Source of the DNA: Octopus vulgaris
Taxonomy: Eukaryota
Reading direction: 5' to 3'
DNA length: 64,000 bases
Assembly: GCA_951406725.2 (NCBI GenBank)
Contig: OX597834.1
Coordinates: 15,252,001 to 15,316,000, forward strand
A program made the position numbers and the translations under genes. Positions 1 to 11,814 of the stretch are shown here, piece by piece (position 1 is the first letter of the stretch; every line of letters begins with the position of its first letter). Below the pieces are notes generated by a model. The model saw nothing but the letters and a program-made list of their open reading frames with translations, was not told where the DNA came from and did not search any database.

Positions 1-164
1 ATGTGTGTATATATATGTGTGTGTGTGTGTGAGTTTATATATATATATATGTTTGTATGTATTTATGTATGTATATATGATCAAACCAGTTTGATTCAAA
101 TTCGTCGATACCCTTTGATTTTCAAGCACGATGATAGTCGTCAAAAGTTTCGAAAAATTCAAAA

Positions 165-205
165 TGGCTGACGACTAGCATCGCCCTTGAAACCCAAGAG
201 TACCA
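165..205 (+). ncRNA. Hammerhead ribozyme-like motif (type I, stem II degenerate)
   Basis: UGG-CUGACGA-cuagcaucgcccuu-GAAAC-ccaaga-GUA-CCA: canonical core, stem I UGG/CCA, GUA triplet; stem II pairs poorly; in a ~210-bp island between TA-rich tracts. Confidence 0.5.
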
Positions 206-290
206 AGGAATTTGAACCACACTGTTTTGATCCATACATGTAACTTGCAATAAACTGGTTGAGTGCCTGTCTTTGTTTGTCCACTAACTC

Positions 291-350
<60 letters not shown>

Positions 351-352
<2 letters not shown>

Positions 353-648
353 AGGCGCAATGGCCCAGATGGTTAGGGTAGCGGACTCGCGGTCGGAGGA
401 TCGCGGTTTCGATTCCCAGACCGGGCATTGTGTGTGTTTATTGAGCGAAAACACCTGAAAGATCCACGAGACTCCGGCAGGGGGTGGTGAGCCCTGTTGT
501 ACTCTTTCACCACTGTTTCTTCCACTCTTTCCTCTGTTAGCCTTCTCGCTTAGCCAGCGGGATGGTGTCATTCAAAGGCTAAAACAATGCGAACGCATTG
601 TGACCAGCGATGTGTAACAACATCTGATGGTCTTGTCGGTCACGTGAT
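351..648 (+). mobile_element. tRNA-derived SINE inserted in (TA)n
   Basis: Head ggaggcgcaatggcccagatggttaggg...gtttcgattccc with A/B-box-like motifs; same head as 14080-14461 but different 3' tail; (TA)n on both sides. Confidence 0.85.
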
Positions 649-924
649 ATATATATATATATATATATCATATATATATATATACGCAATTGTGTGTGTG
701 TATCTTTGTGCATGTTTCTTTGTGTGCGTTTGTTTGTGTGTATATGTGTGCGTGTGTGCGTGCGCGTCTTTGTGTATGATAATGTCTTTGTCTCCCCAAG
801 CCGGTGCTTGTGTGCTTACGTCCCTATAACTTCGTTGCGTATATATATATATATCATATATATATATATATATATATATGATATATATGCTTGTTGTGTG
901 TGTGTGTGGTATGTGTATGTGTAA

Positions 925-1447
925 CAGACGTAGATTAGCGGCATCGCCCTACAAGTCATTGTACAGGTGTGAACAATACCTGATCTGCTCAATAATTTGG
1001 AAAATACACTGACAGATCCGCCAAAATGATCTTAATATCAGGTTGAAAAACAATAATAGGTCTTTGATGCGATTCCTTGTCATATACTATTTACAGAGAG
1101 CCGATTTTTAAACACATAGGAACATAGATAGTTTATAACTACAGGCCAGGTTAACAGCTGAACTGAGGACCAATGGATAGTGTCAAAGTTCCCAAACTTG
1201 CTATCAAAAACACAGAATCGGATAATGAAATAGCTTTGGTTTGAAGGGACCACTTCGGTATTCCTCTGAAGCGCTTAAAAGTGCAATATGCGTGGGGTTA
1301 AATTTGGTCAAAACAGAACTGTGCCTCCCACTGTCGAGAAAACGCAAGTCAAGAGAGGAAAACGGGAACGTTAATTAAAATACAGCAACACCAATTGGAG
1401 ATGCTCCAGTATGGCCGCAGCTCTCCATCTGAAACAGGTAAGAGTTA
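925..1447 (+). pseudogene. Decayed LINE (CR1/L2-like) ORF2 3' end and tail
   Basis: Remnant peptide RCEQYLICSIIWKI resembles RRERY..IWKI; ends in gatgctccagtatggccgcag...tgaaacaggtaagag, the tail shared with SINEs ending near 10770 and 48245. Confidence 0.5.
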
Positions 1448-1639
1448 CAGAATAATATTCAAATGATACACAATGAAATAGATTATATCATAAGTGCGTC
1501 TTTTAAGCAAAGCCAAATATATATTGAAATATTAGACACGTCCACAGTTTCGGGGCAAGTTTGTATGTTCGCATTGTAACGGTGCAAACCTTTCAATTGA
1601 TTCGAATAATGCGGCATTGATATTGTATTTATTTGTGTT

Positions 1640-1683
1640 TATATACGTACGTATATATGTGTGTATGTATATATATATATATA

Positions 1684-1716
<33 letters not shown>

Positions 1717-2246
1717 TTTTAGGTATATATTTATATATATATATATATATATGTATGTATATATATGTGTATGTATATATATGTGTATGTATATATATGT
1801 ATGTAAGTATGTATATATATATATATAAGTATGTATATATATATATGTATGTATATATATAAGTATGTATATATATATATGTATGTATATATATGCGTAT
1901 ATATATATATATATATGTATGTATATATATATATGTATGTATATATATGTGTATGTATATATATGTGTATGTATATATATGTGTATGTATATATATGTGT
2001 ATGTATATATATGTGTATGTATATATATGTGTATGTATATATATATGTATGTATATATATGTATATGTATATATATGTATATGTATGTATATGTATATAT
2101 ATGTATATATATATATGTAGAGAAAGAGAGAGCGAGTGAGTTTTACATATATACGTTCATACATACATACATATATAAATATATATATAGAGAGAGAGGG
2201 AGAGAGAAAGAGAGTGAGTGAGAAATGACTGTCAACGAAGATATAA

Positions 2247-2292
<46 letters not shown>

Positions 2293-2345
2293 CACACATA
2301 CGTACGTACATACAAGCATACATACATACATACGTACGTACATAC
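1640..2345. repeat. Compound (TA)n/(TATG)n microsatellite with 14-bp units (atatatgtgtatgt)
   Basis: Direct inspection. Confidence 0.95.
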
Positions 2346-3587
2346 ATAACGTCCGGGGAAATTCTAAAATCAGTGAGTCTGAAAAACTGGTTACATCGGC
2401 AATATTTACTGTAGAGAATATTGTGGAGAATGTGAGGAAAATGCCAAAAAAGAAATGTGAATATAATATCATATCTTTGGTTAAGTTGCCGGAGCAGACA
2501 CAAGACGACATTAACCATCATGTTATATTATTACTTAATATATAACACAATCACAGAATTTCTTGAAGCGAATTAGGAATTATCGATTGAATCGCTTATG
2601 AATATTAGGTGCCATTCTCAAAGAATGTTCAGTATTTTTTCGTAAGAAAAATAATAAAGTTATATAAGACGTTATAGACTCAGGTACGAACGTACGGTTA
2701 AGAAGGCCGCTCTGCAGCCGTATTATTTCGGGTTTAGGTCTCATTGTGTCACGTGATGCTTCTTTCCAAGTGTTTTGATATACGGTCCCAAGCTGGGCAA
2801 TATTTTGTGTGTGAGTTTTGTTGATGAAATGTGTCTGCGAGGCTGGTGTATACATACAAACGCAGACACTCACGCACGTATGTATGTATATCATAGATAG
2901 ATAGATACATACATACATACATAGATAGATACATAGATAGATAGATAGATAGTTACATACATAGATAGATAGATACATACATACATACATACATACATAC
3001 ATACACACACATACATACATACATACATACATACATACATACATACATACATACAAATACATACATACATACATAGACAGTAGACAGTGAGACGCCAGGT
3101 TTCGCGTTCACCGACAAGAACAGATCGTTAGGGATAATCAATGTGAAAGCCGAGAAATATTTCTCGAGAGCACCTGTATCCCTTCGGTGGTGCGTCGCTA
3201 TAATAGGGACCATAGCAGATTTCGCCATACACAGGGATCTTGGCAATTTGATAAACCTTCATCGTATTGGTGTATCCTACTATGCGTAGTTGTGTCTTCG
3301 GCAGATTTCTTCCGATGCTGGTAACCATCGCCTGGTCTAGCACTTCGACAATAATGATAAATTCACTTGATGCTGATAAGGGCAGTGCTGACGGAATTAT
3401 CAAGTGGTCGTAGATAGTGCTGAGTGGTGGTGGCCAAGTTAGAAAGACGCAAAAGAGTGTGGTCAGAATTTCGATTTTGTATTCAATGATCTTGGTCTCT
3501 ATATACATATACATACATGCAAGCATATATGTGTGTGTACGTATTATGTATGTATATAGATAGATATAAAGATAGATAGATAGATAG

Positions 3588-3692
3588 ATTTCTTTATTAG
3601 CCACACAGGGCTGCACACAGATGGGACAAATTACAAGGTAGAGCTTTTCTTTTTGCGTATAAAAAAAGGGGGTTTGGTTTTCGATCAAAGGG
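3588..3692 (-). mobile_element. Short retroelement 3' terminus embedded in (GATA)n
   Basis: Minus strand aaagctctaccttgtaatttgtcccatctgtgtgcagccctgtgtggctaataaagaaa; related copies at 35209-35280 and 35324-35440, also within GATA arrays. Confidence 0.65.
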
Positions 3693-3864
3693 ATAGATAG
3701 ATAGATAGATAGATAGATAACTAAAAGATTAGCAATGAAGTTAAGAGCAATCCCATATCTAGTTAGTTGAGAAGAAAACTGAAGCATGATAAATTGCTGT
3801 TTGATTTGCTTTCCCAGCTTTATATATTTTACATTTATAGATAGGTTGATAGATAGATAGATAT

Positions 3865-4005
3865 ACGACATGCTTCATTCACTTTCCACCTAACAAATCC
3901 TCTAAAAAGTTTTAGGTTGACCTGAACCCGTAACAGAAGACACTTGCCCAAGGACTGAAATCGATTGAGAAGCAAAAGTCTTTCCACACAGCCATACCTG
4001 CGCTT
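3865..4005 (-). mobile_element. Degenerate tRNA/CORE-type SINE 5' part
   Basis: agaagacacttgcccaagg and ccacacagccatacctgcgc match the family at 9770-10000 and 32875-33040. Confidence 0.7.
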
Positions 4006-4061
4006 ATACGGACCAAACTACGTCATATATTCTACTCGCAAAGCTCCCGCTGCAGTATTCC

Positions 4062-4477
4062 TATTTCTTTATTACCCACAAGGGGCTAAACACAGAGGGA
4101 ACAAACAAGGACATACATAGGTATTAAGTCGATTACATCGACCCCAGTGCGTAACTGGTACTTAATTTATCGACCCCGAAAGGATGAAAGGCAAAGTCGA
4201 CCTCGGCGGAATTTGAACTCACAACGTAACGGCAGACGAAATACCTATTTCTTTATTACCCACAAGGAGCTAAACATAGAGGGGACAAACAAGGACAGAC
4301 ATAGGTATGAGGTCGATTACATCGACCCCAGTGCGTAACTGGTACTTAATTTATCGACCCCGAAAGGATGAAAGGCAAAGTCGACCTCGGCGGAATTTGA
4401 ACTCACAACGTAACGGCAGACGAAATACCGCTAAGCATTTCGTCCGGCGTGGTAACGTTTCTGCTAGCTCACCGCCT
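4062..4477 (-). mobile_element. Tandem-dimer SINE (Meta-domain-like family) with 14-bp TSD
   Basis: Two ~183-bp near-identical units containing gcctttcatcctttcggggtcgataaattaagtaccag; TSD cgctgcagtattcc at 4048-4061 and 4493-4506. Confidence 0.9.
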
Positions 4478-5090
4478 TTCGGTTTTGTATATCGCTGCAG
4501 TATTCCGCCGCTCTACCACCCCAGCGTTTTAACTGTATATCCTTAAATTACTTTTGTTCTTTGAATAATCTAAATCACATATTTCTCTTTAATAAAACAA
4601 TGTAATTTACTTTAAGATCCTCTACACACAATCATGTCACATAAGAAGACAGATCAGTTTATCTATTATGGTAATCTCTAATGATAATCAAAAGAGACTC
4701 GAAAACTAATCAGTTACCCACAGATTGTTCCTCATCGATCGTGACTGCAATTACTTTACCACATACAGAGATTATCAAAAGCACTACCTGCAGCTTCTAA
4801 TGTAGATAATGTAATTATTTATCGTATAACTTGATGGCGATAGTTAATTAAATTCATTGATAAAATGTCTTTCCCCTGCCGATAACGGAGAATAATAATA
4901 ATAATGATGATAATAATAATAATAATAATAATATAATAATATCAACAATAATAACAATAATAATAATAAATATTTCCTTAGTCCATCTCCACTCTGAACG
5001 TAAATAAATTCATTTTTACTGTAGATAGACTTGACAAATGGTTTTATATACATATATGAGTGCGTAGTTATGTGTGACTATATATATATG

Positions 5091-5143
<53 letters not shown>

Positions 5144-5224
5144 GTATATGTATATATGTATGTATATATATACATACATGCATGCATATAACTATGTGTA
5201 AATATGGATATGTATGTATGTATG

Positions 5225-5255
<31 letters not shown>

Positions 5256-5671
5256 CATGTGTTACTTTCATTGTGGGCATGTTATTTGCTTTGAAGGTGA
5301 GCAGTAATATGCAAGCAAAGTTTTTTTTTTAATTTTCATGCAAAATATATGGATATAAAGGAACATGTTTTTTTTTTAATTAATAAATATTTTGCGTTGT
5401 TATAAATTGGTATTCATTTAACTGAGAGTTTCGCAAGAGTGATTACATTATAAAATACAATGGCTACCTATGGACATATGGCTAGATATGCATATATGGT
5501 ATTATAGATAGAGAGAGAGAGATTATATATCTACATGCATATATGTATACATATATACTTATATGCATACACACATATATATGTGTGTGTATTTGAGAAT
5601 TGTAAATGATATATGTGTCTATATATATATATATAATTATACCTAGATTTAAATGCAAACAAGTAGGATCA

Positions 5672-5720
<49 letters not shown>

Positions 5721-5725
<5 letters not shown>

Positions 5726-5837
5726 CATTATGTCTATACATATATAGGCACATATACAATGTGTAAATCACATATGTATATATATATATATTATCATTAT
5801 GTCTATACATATATAGGCACATATACAATGTGTAAAT

Positions 5838-5883
<46 letters not shown>

Positions 5884-5991
5884 CATTATGTCTATACATA
5901 TATAGGCGCATATACAATGTGTAAATCACATATATATATATATATATTATCATTTTGTCTATACATATATAGGCACATATACAACGTATAA

Positions 5992-5995
<4 letters not shown>
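5721..5995 (+). repeat. Minisatellite: four ~52-bp units separated by variable (TA)n
   Basis: attatcattatgtctatacatatataggcacatatacaatgtgtaaatcac at ~5721, 5790, 5879, 5946. Confidence 0.9.
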
Positions 5996-6035
<40 letters not shown>

Positions 6036-6353
6036 CATACATACACATATGTGTGTTTGTATGTACGATACATGCATTGTGACAAGATGAGACTTAGGCA
6101 TGCCTATAACAAAACAGTCGAGGCAGACGTTTCAATAACCAGATATGAAGAGATACATTCACACTTAGATAATGTATTATCTACATTATTAAATCAGTAG
6201 AAAAATGAAGGATGTAACAATTAACTGCGATGTTATTCAACCGTGGATCACGTCACACATTGCTGACGCTTATCTTTTCCTTTCATATACTAACGATGTC
6301 AATAAACACAGTTATTCTGTCTACATGTCTACCAACAGCCACAATGATTTACG

Positions 6354-6419
<66 letters not shown>

Positions 6420-6421
<2 letters not shown>

Positions 6422-6675
6422 CTGATAAGGAACACACGAGTTGATATATATGAAAAAACAAGTCAAAATAGAAAATGCTAAAATAATTTTATAAAGAACA
6501 TTTCAGTACCGGTTTCGGTCATTTCTCACCTTTTCACTCACCTTTTCAACTGTAACGATTAAATAATTAAATTTAGAAAAAATTAAAAGAAAAGGGTCTC
6601 AAAATGACCGAAACCGGTACTGAAATGTTCTTTATAAAATTATTTTAGCATTTTCTATTTTGACTTGTTTTTTCA

Positions 6676-6680
<5 letters not shown>
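6420..6680. mobile_element. Penelope-like pseudo-LTR fragment as a perfect 77-bp inverted repeat with hammerhead-like motif
   Basis: Arms 6448-6524 and 6602-6678 are exact reverse complements; contain GACC-GAAA-CCGG-UA-CUG; flanked by (TA)n. Confidence 0.7.
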
Positions 6681-6720
<40 letters not shown>

Positions 6721-7165
6721 GTATTATGTAAAACATAAGCATTTTTGGAAAAACAGCAACATTAGATGATCCTATGTTAATATGTTTTTTTTTATATATA
6801 CAGACAGAATATGTTTGTCGATGAGGTTTTTTTCATTTTATGCTCTGTAGTGTTTGCGCTTCTAGTGAAGTGAAAGCAATATCCGCTGGTTACCTTGTGT
6901 TATACTCATTTTCGAATTTGCTTCTGTTTCTTTTTGTTTGTAGTCTGTCTCCTTTTTTGTTTCTCTTGACAACGCGTGTATTGATGCTTGCATTGAGCAA
7001 TTGTTGTCTGAAAAACATCAGTTTTCTTTGCGCTTAATTTTAGGTTCGGAAATCATAAGAAATATTACGCATAACGTACAAGCACATACTGTATCGCTGT
7101 CACATGCATACATGCATAAACATATGCATACATACACTCATACATACAAACATGCATTTATATAT

Positions 7166-7217
<52 letters not shown>

Positions 7218-7275
7218 TCATAAAAACAGTTTAACTCACCAATTTTCTCAATGTGTCTGTGTGACTAAATCTCTT

Positions 7276-7345
<70 letters not shown>

Positions 7346-7373
7346 GTATATATATATATATATATACATATAC

Positions 7374-7414
<41 letters not shown>

Positions 7415-7837
7415 CTATATCTATGTAACTATCAATACCCGTATCTGTGTATGTGTAGGCATGCATGTTTATCTATGTATATATGCATAGATAGATAGAC
7501 AGATAGATAGATAGATAGATAGATAGACAGACAGGCAGATGGATATTTAGATTGATTGTTAGATATTATATATATATATATATATATATATTAATATATT
7601 AATAATATCAGAGGGTAATTACAAATATTTGAAATTTCCATTACCAGTGGCCGAGCATGTAAAAATTTAGTCAATAGACTATATATTATTCATACAGATA
7701 CAGTGTACATTTAAACACACAAGAGACATCCTTCATAGGATTCCTTGCACGCTAGAAAGGACAGTAAAATTCCAAACCACTGTTAGGGATAAAATTTCGA
7801 AGGGAATGAAAAATAAAAACAGTTATCATCTAGCTCT

Positions 7838-7906
7838 TGGACTAATGGTTTCAGACATGTTTTAGCAAATAAAATAATTTGCTAGGCGAAGTCTTCTTCA
7901 GCAGTT
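7838..7906 (-). ncRNA. Hammerhead ribozyme-like motif with extended stem II
   Basis: Minus: CUGAAGA-AGAC..UAGCAAAU(loop)AUUUGCUA..GUCU-GAAAC-cauua-GUC; stem I only ~2 bp; within TA-flanked element 7590-7920. Confidence 0.6.
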
Positions 7907-7929
7907 ACACCTTAGATTAAATATATATA

Positions 7930-8150
7930 CACGAGGCAATCCAGTATATGCCCCGTGCTTATACATTCTAATTTTTCAAATCTACCGCGCAAGCGAGGCT
8001 CCTTGTCGGCACTAAATAAAATGCCAGCTTTTTCAAATCGAAAATTATCCAGAAAAATTATCGCTAAAACGAAAAATCGCTAAAACGATGTAGGACTAGT
8101 TAGATAACAACGCCACAAACAAACACACAGATTTCCAAATATGTAGTAGA
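7930..8150 (-). mobile_element. Possible short non-autonomous Helitron
   Basis: Minus-strand start A|TCTACTACATATTTG followed by tgtgtgtttgtttg; degenerate hairpin near 7935-7957. Confidence 0.35.
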
Positions 8151-8964
8151 TATATATACTGAGTGGCCTCTGACAAGTTGTCTTCTACCATATCATGCGG
8201 TCAACGAAACCCTTGTGGGTGGATTTTGTTGTTGGAAACTGAAGGAATCCAGTCGTATATCTATCTATATATATATATACGTATATATTTCTATACATGT
8301 CTGTGTGTATGACTGTGTGCGTGCGCTAGCGAGTGTGTGCATTTGCGTGCATATCTGTGTCTGAGTGCGTTCCTCACCACCTACTGAAAACCAATTGTAG
8401 TGTATTTATATGCCAGTGACTTAACGGTTCGGCAAAAGAAATAATAGAAATAGTTATTGAACAGTGCCTTGATATAATATTCTTTACACAAAAGAGTTAT
8501 ATGCATAGTATACCTATCGTTATTTGAAAGTGCAACCATCTTAAATATTTTTTTTTAGTTATCTAACTATTTTATAACATTCCTTTCATATAATTGATAT
8601 ACGCTGATTATCAATCGTTACTTTCCAATACTGGCATCATTTATTTATTTAGATTCGGTATTTGTTTTATAAGATACTTGATGGGAACTTGTGTGTGGAA
8701 ATAGATTTTAAAACAGATAATGACCCTCCTGAGATATAAAACAACCATTTACGTAAACAAAGGTTAATGCTTTATTTAACCATTCCATAACTTTTATGTT
8801 ACAAACGTGATGTGCATAAGATATCTAACGTTGGATTCTGGTGCAAACACCGTTTACTTAAACGACGCTTCATCATTTGTTTCTTTTTGTTGGACATAAA
8901 ATCGTTTTATGGCGGATGGAAGCGTCATATCATGAGACCAACTAGTCTAGGCTAACATAATATT

Positions 8965-9400
8965 GATTACAAATTTTGACACGAGGCCAGTAATGGTGGA
9001 TTACATCAACCCCAGTACTCATCTGGTGCTTATCTATTTCATTGACCTCGAAACGATGAAAGGCAAAGTGGGGCTCGGTGGAATTTGAACTCAGGAACAC
9101 AGAATGTAAAGACAAACGAAATGCCACTATACATTGTTTTTCCTTTGAGCTAACGATCCTCCCAACTCGTAGCTTATAGAGGAACATATTATTGATTGAT
9201 TTGAAATTAAAGTACAAAGCGAGTAATTTCGAGAAAGGAGTTAAATCGATGACATTGACACTTGGGCTCAACTGGTAATTATTTTATCGACCTTGAAACG
9301 ATAAAAGGCAAAGTCGGCCTCCATGATATTTGAACTCAAAACGTATAAGCGGACGAAGCGCTACTCAGCATTTTGTCCGGAATGCTGACAATTCTGTCAC
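8965..9400 (-). mobile_element. Two degenerate Meta-domain-like SINE copies
   Basis: gatgaaaggcaaagt...ggaatttgaactcag motif twice. Confidence 0.75.
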
Positions 9401-9769
9401 ATTATTCTATAGTGGCGATGGTGCTGCTGCTCCTAGATCACGTGTGCATTATCCTTAAGTACATTGAATACTTTTCGTTCGTACAATTGTTTGAACACCT
9501 TTACTTATCCATAGAATAATTTCCCTTTCAAAATTACTTCTGTCAGATCCAACCAACATAATTATATTTTCTGAAATCTTTTCCGCAAGATGTTCCTTTG
9601 ACATAGATTATCAAAATGCCCTGCTTTCTAAAACAAAAATCAACAATTACACTGAATATTTGGAAGATATTACAACTTCTCTGAACCTCATAACCGGAAT
9701 ACCAACGACTGTGATCGTTTTCTAGTGTTTCATAAAAACATGACTGAGCAGTGAAGAAGCCTGCTTTTA

Positions 9770-10040
9770 CAATCAAGTGGTTTCGGGTTCAGTCTCAATT
9801 CGCGGCACCTTGGTCAAGTGTCTTCTATTTTGGTCGCAGGCCGACCAATACCTTGTGAGTGAATTGGGCAGACGGGGTAATTGTGTGGTACCCGTTGTAT
9901 ATATGTCTGTGCCCCACCACAACCAGTTAACAACTGGTGTTGGTTTGTTTACGTCCCTGTAACTTAGAGCTTCGGTAGACGTGTCCGATATGATAGGTGC
10001 CAATCATAAAAAAGGAAAAAAGGTACCCGGGTCGATTTTT
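9770..10040 (+). mobile_element. Degenerate CORE-type SINE
   Basis: gggttcagtctc...ggcaccttggtcaagtgtcttcta...ccttgtgagtgaattgg. Confidence 0.75.
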
Positions 10041-10389
10041 TTTTACAATTAAAGCCTTCAATGGGATACATAACACAAACTCATTCTAACGACTGCAAAA
10101 GCTCACGGCTTTCACGACAATTGACTTACTTCTATAGAAATTCGAAAACGCTCTTTCCGATCTAATAGCATATTTGTTACTACAAATCGAATCTTTGTTG
10201 AAATATATTAAAATAATTACTAGTTGAACATCCTCGACTACGCATCATGGTTTTACATACACCAAACAAATCAAAGATTCCCTTGTATTTTTATTTTTAT
10301 TTTCTGTTGTACTTTGTTTTGTTTTGTTCTTTTTCTTTCTTGAAATGCAGTTCACGTAACGCCTTTTGCCATAATACTATTGACATCTA

Positions 10390-10770
10390 CTTTTTACTTG
10401 CTTCACCCGTACGCTGCGGCCATGCTGGGGCACCGCATTAAAGAAATCGACCAATAGGACAAGTGTTTTTTTAAAAACCTAGTACTTATACTTGCCGTCA
10501 TTCTTGCCAAAGCCTTTGTGAGTGAATTTGTGTGTACGTACGTGTGTGTGTGTGTGTGTATGGATGTGTGTCTGTATGTCCCCATAACATCGCTCGACAA
10601 CAGATGTTGATGTGTTTATGTGCTCGTAACAAAGCGGTTCGGCAAAAGAGACCGATAGAATAAGTACTAGGCTTACAAAGAATAAGTCCTCGGTGTCGAT
10701 TGCTTCGACTAAAGGCGGTGCTTCAGCATGGCCGCAGTCAAATGACTGAAACAAGCAAGAGAAAAAGAGA
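10390..10770. mobile_element. Two SINE 3' portions joined in inverted orientation
   Basis: ctgcggccatgctggggcaccgc (minus tail, ~10390-10510) fused to a plus copy ending ggcggtgcttcagcatggccgcagtcaaatgactgaaacaag. Confidence 0.75.
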
Positions 10771-10886
10771 ATATGCGTGTATGTGTGTGTATAAATATAT
10801 ATACATGCATATATATATATGCACACACACATATATATATATACATATATACATACATGCTTACATAGACATATTCAGACAGACAC

Positions 10887-10931
<45 letters not shown>

Positions 10932-10955
10932 TTATATACATGTTAGCGTGTTACT

Positions 10956-11064
10956 CAATCTTCACACACACACACTGACTAATAATTAGCTTGCATTACT
11001 GGCCAATTGCAATCTTCACACACACACTGACTAATAATTAGCTTGCATTACTGGCCAATTGCAA
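10956..11064 (+). repeat. Tandem duplication of ~53 bp
   Basis: caatcttcacacacac..tgactaataattagcttgcattactggccaattg twice. Confidence 0.9.
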
Positions 11065-11685
11065 TTCTAACGGAATCTACCATCTAAATCCACTTTATCT
11101 CTCAGACTAATAAATTATACAACACGCCAACCGATGTTCTGCGCATTTGTAATGGAGTTTATATGTAACTTCATAAACCCCGCTGGAAGATGTTCAACGT
11201 TTGCTTCTGTTTCAAAATATTATAATTAATCGGTCTGATAAATGTACGCATATGTATATTAGACTTGCAAACATACACAAATATATGCTTGCATGCTTTT
11301 CCAGATATATAGGCACACGAAAGTACACATACATAAATCGAGACATACATCTACCTCACTAGCTTGCTAGCTACCTATATGTATCTAACTCTCGATCTAT
11401 CTGTCTGTCTTTCTATCTATATATTTATCTACTTTTATATAGTGTGCCGTGTGTGTACAAATAGATAGACGACTGCTACCGATAGGTTTAAACATTAGTT
11501 CTCTCTAACATAATACAAGAGAGCGTTCCTTGATGATCAGTTGGCGTCAAGCAGTCAGTTTCACTTAAAATTCCGAGTGAAGAGTTCAAACAACTGCGAT
11601 GAAGAAACGTACGTAGTAAGACATAATATCAGCTTGGCTTTACCGTAGTTTCTCCTAAATGTATATATGTGTGTGCATGTATGTG

Positions 11686-11769
11686 TGAGTGTGTATGTGT
11701 GTGTCCATAGGTTTATGTGTGTGTACATGTATTTTTCTGTAGTTATGTATGTACATACATACATACATA

Positions 11770-11814
<45 letters not shown>

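Noticed and set aside
2347-2521. Possible exon ([20 protein letters not shown]...)
   Set aside because: No recognisable domain or convincing splice sites; frames run into microsatellite
5721-5995. CRISPR array
   Set aside because: Spacers are only (TA)n, context is eukaryotic, no cas genes
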